Source of the DNA: Schmidtea nova
Lineage: Eukaryota
Length of the DNA stretch: 64,000 bases
Direction: 5' to 3'
Assembly (NCBI GenBank): GCA_044892505.1
Contig: CM097882.1
Location: forward strand, 300,328,001 to 300,392,000
In this document: one piece after another, positions 14,012 through 25,100 of the stretch
How the letters are laid out: each line of letters starts with the position of its first letter
Position numbering within the stretch: the stretch's first letter is position 1
Program-made: the position numbers and the translations under genes
The notes under the pieces: generated by a model
The model's database searches: none
What the model was told of the DNA's origin: nothing
Seen by the model: only the letters and a program-made list of their open reading frames with translations

Positions 14012-15351
14012 TGTTAAGTTGGCGAGATCGAAAAATAATTTTGCTTGAATTAAATACCTACAAAAGAGAACAAGTTTAAAATCACACGATAAAGCATTAC
14101 GCAGTCAAATAACGCGAAAGAAAATAAAACAGTAAAATACAATAGTAGTCACACGAACCGCATTCTATAAGTCGGTCGAAATAGTTCTTAAACGATAGAA
14201 AAGATGCATCTCAAAAGAGAGCTCACAATTTGAGTGCAGGTCGCATTTACACATGAAGAACCGCGCGAAAATTGAATGGAAAAGATCATTGCTTGTATAA
14301 AAATTACGAAAAGCATTATCAAAGAATAAAATTGATATCAGAATAAAGAAAAAAAAATTAATTAAAAATTATAGAAAATATCCCCATTGAAATATCGGAA
14401 AAATAACAGAGATAGGAATAAAAATAGAATTAAATTAAATTTGATTCTTTTAATAAATCAATTAATGTACAAAAACAATGGATACACACATCATTTAACG
14501 GAATTAAAAACAAATATTTTAGAAATAAATAAATTGAATTATAAAATTAAATTTACAAAAATTAAATAAATAATCGTTAATTAAAACTAATAAACTAAGT
14601 TTAAATCATTAGATGATTATTAAAACAATGGCATGTGTGTGCGTCAGAATTTCTAGTATAAATAGACACTGAAAATCAGTTAGTTAGATAGTTTTTACAC
14701 TAGGCAGTTATTCATTTGATTAATTTCATTTTTCGACAGCCAGTCGTGTGGGTGAGTAGATTTGTTTTGTTGTTGTTATTAAGTAGAATTTGAAGTTTTA
14801 TATAAATGGTATTCAGTAAATATTTTGAGTCGTGAATTCTATGTTTATTTGCTTTGATTATTCGTTGGTAAACCTTCATAGCATCCAGGGAAAAATCAAT
14901 AAGAGCACGACCCGACGGGCGCTAAGTGGCCTGTCGTCCAGACTTTCTTTGGAGAGTTAGGCAATACGGCGTAGTTGAACCAAATTTTGGCGGGAAAAAA
15001 GGGGATTGCAAGGAGTATTCGTCGTTTTGGTGAATTAGTTGAGAATGAATAAAGGTAGATTGTTGATAGCAGAAAGTAATAGATAATTAAGATGTAATTA
15101 TACGAAAGGACTGAAAAGAAAGCAGATGCGTAAGTCCTTCTATCGACAGCAAGGACCCGAAAGAGAAAATTTCGACAACGGAGCTCACCTGCTCACTAGA
15201 TTCTAGGCATCGTGTACAGTACCAACATAGTTACCTGGGGAATTGCTATGGGTCCACGTGTGTGATAGATTGAAATTATGTTGCGGTATGGGTTGTATTT
15301 ACCCCTAGAAATCGTTATTAGTTTTTAAAACAAGACTCATACCACCCAACA
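14012..15351. mobile_element. Solo LTR (1340 bp) inserted in the PLE RT
   Basis: TGTT...AACA termini and exact 4-bp TSD AATG (14008-14011, 15352-15355). Its removal restores the RT frame. Candidate TATAAATA at 14657. A related copy lies at ~48130-48710. Confidence 0.85.
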
Positions 15352-16117
15352 AATGAGTAAATCTAAAAAGGCAATCGATCACATTTTTTCTTCCTCACAA
15401 GTGAATTTAATGTTCAGATGCAAATCATTCATATAATACAAAAAAGACCTTACATGTTCACGACTCTCAAGCACCAAAAATATATCATCCCCATAACGTT
15501 TGATCATAGCTTGTTTACCATGATGGCATTACGACATTTTCTTTTCCAAACTAGTCATAAAAATGGAAGCCATAGTTGGGGCTAATGGAGAACAAATAAC
15601 GACATCATCCACTTGTTTATCATGCAATTGTTAAACAAAATATTAACATTAGACGTTGCAAATTCAAGCAATTTGCGAAATGCAATTTTATCCACATTCT
15701 TATGTTTAGACTCATTTTCATTCCACATCTGGTAACATAAATCAATCTTTTCCACCAATGGAACATTAGTGAAAGGACTTCAAACATCAAAATAAACAAT
15801 AATTTTATTCTCAGTATTTTTTTTCAACTCAGTAATAAATAAAGTAAATTCAAAGCTATCATTACATTCAAACTCAGAAATCATTAAAGGTTTTAATAAC
15901 CCATCCAAATATTTGGCTATTTTGTATTAAGCAGTTCCTACCATCGATAACACTGGTCTCATTGTCATATCTTCTTTATGCACTTTTGGATATCCATAAA
16001 GTTTGGCTGGTATGGATCCTTTCGAACATACAGATCTTGCCAAGACTACATCGATATTTTTATTATCAGACAATTATATCAACATTTTTGACAAATTAAG
16101 TTCATCTTTTAGAGGTA

Positions 16118-17401
16118 CGTGGTGCGCCCAATAAGTCGTGAAACTAAAATAGAAAGACTTAAGATATCAACACAAAACTTTGTATTTAGAACAAGCATGG
16201 TAAATAGGCATCATTTCTCAAAATAATTTCCTTCTGCACTGACACAATTTTCCCAGCAAATAACGAGGTTTTCGAAGGCGTTTTTGAAGAATTCTGGAGG
16301 CTTTTCTCCCAGAAAACTCTCCACGGCTGCTCTGAAATCATGTTTGTTGGCAAACACCTGGCCCCGCAGATGCTTCTTAAGATCGTTAAACAGGAAAAAA
16401 TCAGAGGGGGCCAAATCGGGGCTGTATGGTGGATGCGGAAGCAAATTGAGCCCGCAACGCTCAATTTTGGCCATGGAAACGCTGCTGGTGTGGATGGGAG
16501 CATTATCGTGTAGAAAATAGAGATCACACACTCTGCTCTTGCGTCGTGCCTTCCTTGCTTGCTGCACGATGTTAGAGTAGTAAGAACTATTGGTCTTCAC
16601 GCCGGATTAGTCAGTTAGAATAATGCTATTGGCGTCCCAAAACACCGTCAGCATGAGAGCCTTTCGGTGACAAGTTGAGGACCGCTTTTTCAGTGAGCTG
16701 CTTTTTCCTGGCAGTTTCCATTCTTGAGACTTTCTTTTAGATTCGGGGACATAAAGGGACAACGGTGTCTCGTCCACAGTGTTCATATTATCAATGAAAC
16801 GGTCTCCAACATTGGTCCTGATCTGCAGATTCTCCAAGCAGCATTCCAAGAGTCGTGTCGCATTTCCAGCGTTAAGAAGCGTGGTACAAAATGGGAACAT
16901 AGTTTTCGAATACCACTTTCAGTGAGGAGAGTATGCACAGTGCCTTTGCTCACATTTAGACGGGTTGTGAGCTCTCTCGTCGTTATTTTTCTCTCGTTTT
17001 GCACGATTGTCTGCAGCTTTTGCGGTATTTTTTCATCAATTTCTGAGGGTCTTTCAGATCTTTCTTCGTCCACCACGGAGGTTCTACCACTCTGAAAGTA
17101 ATTGAACCAACGATAAACTGTTGCTGTGGATGGGCACTTTTGTTGGTAAACAGCTTTCAGTTCAGAAAGAACCTCTTCTCTATTTTTCCTTTCAGAAAGA
17201 GAAAGCGAATAACGCTACGGTATTGAATAGTCTCCAGAGGCATTTTTAGAATGTTCGCAAAAATATACTTAAACAATAATGGATTATTAAAACAAAATAC
17301 ATTTTCTTTACCTATATATGTTGAAGTTTAAATATGCCTGTATTAATTTTTTTACTATTATTATTTCTATATTAGTCTCACGACTTATTGGGCGCACCAC
17401 G
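16118..17401 (-). mobile_element. Mariner (D,D34D) transposon, 1284 bp
   Basis: 38-bp TIRs CGTGGTGCGCCCAATAAGTCGTGA(A/G)ACTAA(A/T)ATAGAAA and TA TSD on both sides. Confidence 0.97.
16211..17243 (-). pseudogene. Mariner transposase with one frameshift and one stop
   Basis: ATG at 17243. HTH region, then FVPRFL, TVDET, HDNAPIH and YSPDLAPSDF with 34 residues between the last two catalytic Asp. Confidence 0.95.
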
Positions 17402-18703
17402 TAACTTCCCATTTTTTCGACCAATACCAACTTTCACAAACTGGGGAGATAATAAAACATGATTCAATTTGTTCACATACACATCATGGTCCAAGATCAC
17501 CAAACCATTACCTTTATCATATTTACAAACATTAATATCTTTTTGAGCCAAATTCTTCAAGATCAAAAAATCCTTTATATCTTGTTTTTTATTTTTATTA
17601 ATATAATCAATCGTACTCACATTCAACATATTCTTTATATAATTATTATCAATACACACATATTATAGTATAATCTTTCAATTTTAGCACATAATTTAGT
17701 TTTGTCAATCCGACTTTTTATACCATAATTCGGACTATATTTTAAAATTCGTTCCTAATCATTTGTCAACATAGTTTTTCTAATATTTAAAAATGTATCC
17801 TTTACATCAAACTTATAAATACCAAACAATCTCCTTAAATTATTCAACTTTTTAATATGGGAATCATACTTATACTTTAATTGCAACTCAGAATTATTTA
17901 TACACCATTTGATACAATATTGAAAACGAAAATCACCAATTAACCTGAGTTCTTGAGCATTGCCGACTAAAAGGGCTGACTAATATTAGTGATCATTTTA
18001 GGAAATGTGAAAGTAAAAATTAGATATCTCTGATTTTAAAATTATTTCAAAAGGTTTAAGTAATTATTGGGACGAATAACTTGTGAGGCATTGTTGATTA
18101 GATATTTAAATCCAAAAATTAATGATTAAGTTGCCCGTTCCACGGATATTTTGAATGTGTTTAATTAACTTGATGTTGTATGTTGCGAATTATGTTTGTG
18201 GTTTGTATTTGTGAATATTTTCATTTTTTTAAAAAAATTGTAAATTTTATGTTAAATTTTAAAAAAATTTTTATGTTGGTTTATAAATTATTTTTTAAAA
18301 AATTTTATGTAGAATAAAATTAAATTTTATTTTAAAAAAAATTAAATTTTGTTATAGTTTGAGGATGATTATTATTGATTAATTTATTTAGATATTTTCT
18401 ATTGATTATTGATTATCCTGATTGTTGCCTTAAGAAGATTGTTATATAATTGAAATATATCGCGTTTACGTTGAATTNNNNNNNNNNNNNNNNNNNNNNN
18501 NNNNNNNNNNNNNNNNNNNNNNNNNNNNNNNNNNNNNNNNNNNNNNNNNNNNNNNNNNNNNNNNNNNNNNNNNNNNNNNNNNNNNNNNNNNNNNNNNNNN
18601 NNNNNNNNNNNNNNNNNNNNNNNNNNNACCTTTGATCTTTTTTTATTATTATTATCAATAATTCTCATTATGACTATAGATCAAAATTTTTTTTTATATA
18701 AAC

Positions 18704-18745
18704 AATAACACAATATTTCGGCACAGCCTTTATCAAGTGTGTATT
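18704..18745 (-). ncRNA. Minimal hammerhead-like motif with U3-A8 core (family B)
   Basis: AAUA C ACAC UUGAUAA A GGC UGU GCC GAAA UA U U GUGU UAUU: 8-bp bulged stem I, 3-bp stem II, palindromic AUAU in place of stem III. Confidence 0.6.
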
Positions 18746-18839
18746 TCTATCGTTATATTTACTTAATCCTAAATAGTAGCCTTAATTATTTTTTTAATAT
18801 TTTATAATGATTTTATTGGATGAAAAAATTTATTTTATT

Positions 18840-20513
18840 TTAATTTTTTTGTGCGAATTGAATGTTGATGGACGGTTTGTATTTTTTTATGAAAAAAGTC
18901 TCGGAAGCTAATCTTTGTAATGAATTTTTGAATCCCTCTTGTAGGATCTGGCATTTTGTTTCTTCTATAGATGGAGTTGTTTTATGTACTTTTTCCCAGT
19001 GTTCGTAATAATTACTGGTTTTGATTTTAGTATGTTCATTAAGTCGGGTGCGAAAAGTTCTATGTGTTTCTCCTATGTAAGTAGCGTCACATTTTTGACA
19101 AGAAAGTTTATATACTATATTTTTGGAAAAGCAAAAGCATCGGGTTGTGGAACGACAAAGACATTTATGTTTGGAGATGTTGGAAATTGGTGGCTTTCGG
19201 AGTTGTGATTTTAACGGTGCGGAGGTTATGAACGTTGGACGGATGTGGATAGGCAAATCTGTTTGATTAAAAATGTTGGTGATTTTGTTGGCTGTAGTGT
19301 CATTTAGGAAAGGTAATCTTAGATATGTTGTGTGTTTGTTATTGTTATTGTGTTTCTGGCGTTTTCTATTGTTGCGTTTATTGTGGTATGGTTCGTTAAG
19401 GAAGTGTTTCTTTACAAAGTCTTCAGGATATCCATTTTGGAGGAATCGTATTTTGAAGTTTTCTAATGTTTCTTGTATTTTGTTTGCGTCTGAACAGTTT
19501 CTTATGGCTCTTTTTCTTTCTCCTATTAGTAATGCGATTTTGCGTTGAAGTGGAACGTGGCTTTTCCATGGGAGGATATGACCGCTATGTAAACCTTTAG
19601 AATATAGCTCGGTGTTTGCATTTAGTGTATCTTGGCCTTTTGTGAAACTTACCATGGTATCTAAAAACGGTATTTTACCTTCTGTGTTCGGTGTTTCAAA
19701 AGTAAATTGTATGTTGGTGTTAGTAGAATTTGCGTGTGATAGGATTTGATTGAGAGGGATTGTGGAGACTATGAAGATGTCGTCGATGTATCGTTTCCAG
19801 AAAAGTATTTTGTCCCCAAAAAAAGATATGATCTTAGATTCTATAAAGTTCATGTAGAAGATGGCTAAGATGGGAGAAAGGTTATTACCCATGGCTAATC
19901 CATGAATTTGTTTGAATGGTTTTTCTTTAATTATGACAGTATCTGAATTTATTGCTAATTTTAGAAGTTCTATAAAGTCTTGTTTAGTTAAGTCTGCGAG
20001 GTCAGTATTGGCTTTATGAGTTTCAAAGAAAGAAGCTGCGATATCGAAAATGTTATTCTCTCCGTGAAGAGGAATAGATCCGTAAAGATTGGAAACGTCA
20101 AGAGATCCCCAGAAGTACTGTTGTCCTGAGTTTAACGGAAGAGACGTATTTGTAATTTCGGAGACGAATTCAGTTGTGTTTTTAAGATGAGAAGGAACCA
20201 AAGGCAAAAGTGTTTTTAGAATTTCTGAAAGAACTTTAGAAAGTGTTGTGGAAGGAGTGTCAACTGCAGATACAAGAGGTCTACCTTTTAAAGGACTTTT
20301 GTGATCTTTAGGTAACATAGTCATATTACTAGGTAAAGGCTCACTGCAGTTGCATTTTAAAAGTAAATCTTTGATTTGAAGGTTAATTTGTTTATTTGCA
20401 AGTGTTGAAAGTTTCTTATTGTATAAAATCTGAGTCGATGCAGGTAAAAATTCATTACAAAGATTAGCTTCCGAGACTTTTTTCATAAAAAAATACAAAC
20501 CGTCCATCAACAT
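18840..20513 (-). CDS. PLE RT + C-terminal GIY-YIG endonuclease, 557 aa (first ~22 aa come from the antisense of the inverted arm)
   Basis: LPKDHK..RPLVS, SLDVSNLYGSIP, GLAMGNNLSP, WKRYIDDIF, IPFLD, NIVYKLSCQKCDATYIGETHR...NEH. No internal stops. Confidence 0.92.
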   Translation of the reverse strand: MLMDGLYFFMKKVSEANLCNEFLPASTQILYNKKLSTLANKQINLQIKDLLLKCNCSEPLPSNMTMLPKDHKSPLKGRPLVSAVDTPSTTLSKVLSEILKTLLPLVPSHLKNTTEFVSEITNTSLPLNSGQQYFWGSLDVSNLYGSIPLHGENNIFDIAASFFETHKANTDLADLTKQDFIELLKLAINSDTVIIKEKPFKQIHGLAMGNNLSPILAIFYMNFIESKIISFFGDKILFWKRYIDDIFIVSTIPLNQILSHANSTNTNIQFTFETPNTEGKIPFLDTMVSFTKGQDTLNANTELYSKGLHSGHILPWKSHVPLQRKIALLIGERKRAIRNCSDANKIQETLENFKIRFLQNGYPEDFVKKHFLNEPYHNKRNNRKRQKHNNNNKHTTYLRLPFLNDTTANKITNIFNQTDLPIHIRPTFITSAPLKSQLRKPPISNISKHKCLCRSTTRCFCFSKNIVYKLSCQKCDATYIGETHRTFRTRLNEHTKIKTSNYYEHWEKVHKTTPSIEETKCQILQEGFKNSLQRLASETFFIKKYKPSINIQFAQKN

Positions 20514-20629
20514 TCAATTCGCACAAAAAAATTAAAATAAAATAAATTTTTTCATCCAATAAAATCATTATAAAATATTAAAAAAATAATTAAGGCTACT
20601 ATTTAGGATTAAGTAAATATAACGATAGA

Positions 20630-20671
20630 AATACACACTTGATAAAGGCTGTGCCGAAATATTGTGTTATT
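20630..20671 (+). ncRNA. Same hammerhead-like motif in the inverted arm
   Basis: Identical 42-nt sequence on the plus strand. Confidence 0.6.
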
Positions 20672-20719
20672 GTTTATATAAAAAAAAATTTTGATCTATA
20701 GTCATAATGAGAATTATTG

Positions 20720-20758
<39 letters not shown>

Positions 20759-20765
20759 TAATAAG

Positions 20766-20843
20766 TAACAAAATAAGCCTTTGCTGCAAAAATTATTTTA
20801 TTAAGTGCGAAAATTATTTTTGCAGCAAAGGCTTATTTTGTTA
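20766..20843. repeat. Short hairpin / tiny fold-back (34-bp arms, ~10-nt spacer)
   Basis: taacaaaataagcctttgctgcaaaaattatttt ... aaaattatttttgcagcaaaggcttattttgtta; one mismatch. Confidence 0.85.
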
Positions 20844-20904
20844 ATTATTAATTTAATACTTAATGCTGCTACCAAGGAATCACCATTTAATAATAATAAT
20901 AATA

Positions 20905-21095
20905 ACCTTTGATCTTTTTTAATTATTATTATCAATAATTCTCATAATGACTATAGATCAAATTTTTTTTTATAAATAATAACACAATATTTCGGCACAG
21001 CCTTTATCAAGTGTGTATTTCTAGAAATACACACTATATAAAGGCTGTGCCGAAATATTGTGTTATTGTTTATAAAAAAAATTTGATCTATAGTC
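20905..21095. mobile_element. Palindromic mini-PLE-B: two head-to-head copies of the terminal ~120 nt
   Basis: Symmetry centre CT|AG at 21022/21023. The left arm has the intact motif (20978-21019, minus). The right arm has core TATATAA. The right end runs into an N-gap. Confidence 0.85.
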
Positions 21096-21345
21096 NNNNN
21101 NNNNNNNNNNNNNNNNNNNNNNNNNNNNNNNNNNNNNNNNNNNNNNNNNNNNNNNNNNNNNNNNNNNNNNNNNNNNNNNNNNNNNNNNNNNNNNNNNNNN
21201 NNNNNNNNNNNNNNNNNNNNNNNNNNNNNNNNNNNNNNNNNNNNNNNNNNNNNNNNNNNNNNNNNGAAAATTATTCTGAAAAGAAAGTCATTTGCTAAAG
21301 CATTTTAATTAAAAAAATCTTCACTGTATAACACGAAAAAGAAAT

Positions 21346-22038
21346 TCAAGTTGAGAGTTCATAGAACAAAATATACGGATCACTTTCTAAAACCTGACTT
21401 AACGAAACGTTCGACATTGACGTTTCCGTAATGCAATACCAATCATTTCCCAGCTTTTTATAACAAATATAATTGTCATCGACTTGACAAGAAATCAAAG
21501 ACTGCAAATGGTAAATAATTTCTTTTTCCGTCACCGTATTTATAAAAATCTCATCGTATGATGACAAAAGCTTGGAATTTCGATCGGAATTATTTTCATA
21601 ATAATCCAGCTTCATGATCAATAAATCTGTGAAATTGATTTTCGAAAAAATAAATTGATTCCGTCTACCATTCCAGATCAGTTTTTCCACGTGAATGCAA
21701 ACCGTACTTGCGATTGGTTGGCATAATTGAATCGATTTTTTACTTCGTTTTTTATTGGTGCATTTCTTATTTTCACAATTGTAGCCATCGAGTATTTGTT
21801 CTTTGAAAAACATATCAAAAGAATCTTGTAAACTTAACTGGCCTTGGAAATAAATAAATATATACGTAAAAAATATCTAGAATAAATTTTTTTATTACTT
21901 ATAGAACCGCTGATGGATATGGTAAATGCCAATTCCGTTAAATGATACTGGAAATGTTTCCCACAATTCACGCATGATATCCTAACCTTCATATTGAATT
22001 CCAATGGATGCTAAATATTAATAAGTAATATTTTAAAT

Positions 22039-22119
<81 letters not shown>

Positions 22120-25100
22120 GAGTTCCCAAAAGTTCCCAATATGACAGATAAAAACTGTTATTATTTTTAAGAATTTATTGATCTACTGTCATTTAATAAA
22201 AAATAATTTAAATGAATTGTTGAATTATTGATTTTTAAACATGGAACTGCTGACAAGAAACTCTATTTTCTAAATGGGGCCTTTTCCGGGTCGCCCCATT
22301 TAATCAACTTCTAAAACATCAACTTTTAAAACATCAACTACGAAAACATCAACTTTTTACCCTAAAACATCAACTGTCAAAAACATCAACTGTCAAAAAC
22401 ATCAACTGGCAAAAACATCAACTGGCAAAAACATCAATTGGCTAAAACATCAATTGGCTAAAACATCAACAATCTAAAACATCAACAATATAAAACATTG
22501 AATTTCATTACAATTTAAATAATAATTTATTATTAATTAAATTTGTGTTTCAGCGAGGTACACCAGATTAAATAAACAATTAAATAAACAATTGAAGGAC
22601 GACAGCGAACAAACAACATGTGGAATCTTTTTAAGCAATTTCAAGTTGAAGCAAACAAGACCATGTCTGATTTGTCAGAGGTGGAGGCTGGAACTTATCA
22701 GCGAAGAACGAAGCCTCAATATTTGAGGTTCAACAAGACCATTCTCACCATGTGTCAGACTTATGAATCATTTGAATCAAAAGTTGACTATTTGAAGAAA
22801 ATTGCTGTGATTCTTGGGTCATACTAAATTTTTCCGGCGCCCGAATTTCTCCACGTCTATATTATATAAAAAATTATTAATATTGTTGAAAATTTGAAAT
22901 AAAATATATCACATCAGTCCTTTTTGCATTTATGAGAATTTAAACAATTTCAAATTATTTTCTAATTGTGTCGTAATTGACTTGCACAAATTAATTTTTT
23001 TTTATTAAAAAATAATTTGCCGGTCCCTAAGAAAGATCCATTAGATAAAAATATTTTTTAAAGTTGATGTTTAGTAAGTTGATGTTTTAGACAGTTGATG
23101 TTTTAGTCAGTTGATGTTTTAGTCAGTTGATGTTTTTGACAGTTGATGTTTTTGACAGTTGATGTTTTAAAAGTTGATTTTTTAGTAGTTGATGTTCTAG
23201 AAGTTGATGTTTTGGGGGGGGGCGCCTCTATTTTCGATCACTGGTGAAAAATAAAATAATCTCAGTTGAAATGATGATGGGAAAGTAGAAAAGAACATTT
23301 AGAACAATATTTCGATTTTGTTTATTTTTTGTGAACTTTGATAACATAAATATTGCCTTTCATATATAAGCAGCAACTTTATGTCAAGAAAAGTATGTAA
23401 AAAATTACAAAATATACGTAGAGCGATTTTTTTTTCAAACAATAAAATTGATAATAAAACATTATATTAGTGTTTATTAAACATTTATTACTAAATATTG
23501 TTACTGAAATCAATTGATATCACTATCATAAAATAATTTTGATTGAAAAAGCATTTCAATGATCATTGATATGCCACAATATTGGCATAGGCAATTCAAG
23601 CGTGAAATTTGCTGTCAAAATTTTTTATTAATTACGTTTTCTTGTAACAATAAACCTGTGATTTTTAACTTATTTACCTTGTTATGGATTTAATGAGAAA
23701 GTCTTTAGCAAATGCTTTAGCAAATGACTTTCTTTTCGAAATAATTTTTTTTGTTTTTGTATTTATTTGAATAAATTGTTATTATTATTATTATTATTTG
23801 CACTGGTTATTAAACTAGATAATTTACATGTTCTATGGTGGGTTTGCCATTCCAGGTTATTATTTATCAAATTATAAATTGAAATATTTACAGACATAAT
23901 TTAAACAAATGTATTTTTGTAATTTAGCATTTAAAATATAAGATCTCAGTCTTAAAAAACTTTTAGCGAAATTAGATATATTACCAGAAAATCATTTGAT
24001 AAGGCAAAGTTTNNNNNNNNNNNNNNNNNNNNNNNNNNNNNNNNNNNNNNNNNNNNNNNNNNNNNNNNNNNNNNNNNNNNNNNNNNNNNNNNNNNNNNNN
24101 NNNNNNNNNNNNNNNNNNNNNNNNNNNNNNNNNNNNNNNNNNNNNNNNNNNNNNNNNNNNNNNNNNAAAGTTATATTAAACTTATTATTTAATGTTAACG
24201 TGTAACCAGAAGATTTGGTCAATTTTATAACGCCATTGATAACTGATTATACTAGAGCAAGGGTCGCCAAACTCTTGAACCAAAAGAGCCAAATATGAGT
24301 AGCACAGCGGTTGAAAATTTTTTTGAGAGCCATAAATATTTTTATAAATACGATTTATGTTTAATTTTTTATTTTTTTAGTTATGAATTTCTGAATAAAA
24401 CCAATACTATTAATGTGTTGGGTTATTAATGAGCAGTCGGTAGTATCTGACTCATGTGTTCTCTTTTTATCGCGACAATAAATTAGACCCAACACAATAA
24501 TTTTTATTTTTCGATTTGATAACAGCACTCTAAATCACAGAAAGTTACAAACGTTCTGCACTCTGCGATAGGGTATGACACCCAATGGGATATTTCCCTT
24601 TCTGGTACGCATGAAATTGATAAATCGATACTTTATAACTTTTAATTACCGTTTCAGTTGCCTTTTCTACGTTCATATTTATTGCTCAACTCTTTGAGTT
24701 TTTCTTCGAGCAACTGGCAATATCTGCAAATTGCCCTCAGTTTATATACTGCCTTTTTCCTTTCATCCTGTCGCCATAATTGGATCTATCAAAATAAAAT
24801 AATCAAATTGCCTCTGCCGCTGCTTAATTGAATTTTGCTGACAATGGGTTTGTGGCTTTTCCCGGGGCATGACTATTCAGTATTTTTCAGAAAATTTTGG
24901 CCATTCAAATCTAATATCACCAAACTTTGCCGATGCATACTCAAATATGGGTAACTTTTTCAAGGAACTGCAAGATTTACCGAATGCAGTACAATGTTAT
25001 CAACGCGCTATTCTAATTAAGCCAACCTTTGGTGATGCTCATTCAAATTTGGCAAGTATCTACAGAGATACGGGTAATATCAATGAAGCAATCGGGTCCA

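Larger units (their letters stand above)
12832..18477 (-). mobile_element. Penelope-like element, family A, near full length but decayed, with inverted 3' arm (17941-18477) and two nested insertions
   Basis: Minus-strand RT motifs in order: YDKGNGLVILD (17530), KLYGYPKVHK..RPVLS (15990), SPLAPTMASIFM, RYGDDIF, AFLDLLI|QRKSKHYETEIYRKSTDTG, then linker and GIY-YIG remnant. Multiple stops. Confidence 0.9.
18628..20750 (-). mobile_element. Young Penelope-like element, family B, 5'-truncated with inverted 3' arm (~20446-20750)
   Basis: The arm is an apparently identical reverse complement of ~18640-18915. Junction caggt|aaaaattc with AA microhomology. Confidence 0.95.

Noticed and set aside
22310-23210. 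CRISPR-like array
   Set aside because: The units are contiguous 12-16 nt repeats without unique spacers, are arranged as inverted arrays, and sit in a eukaryotic transposon.
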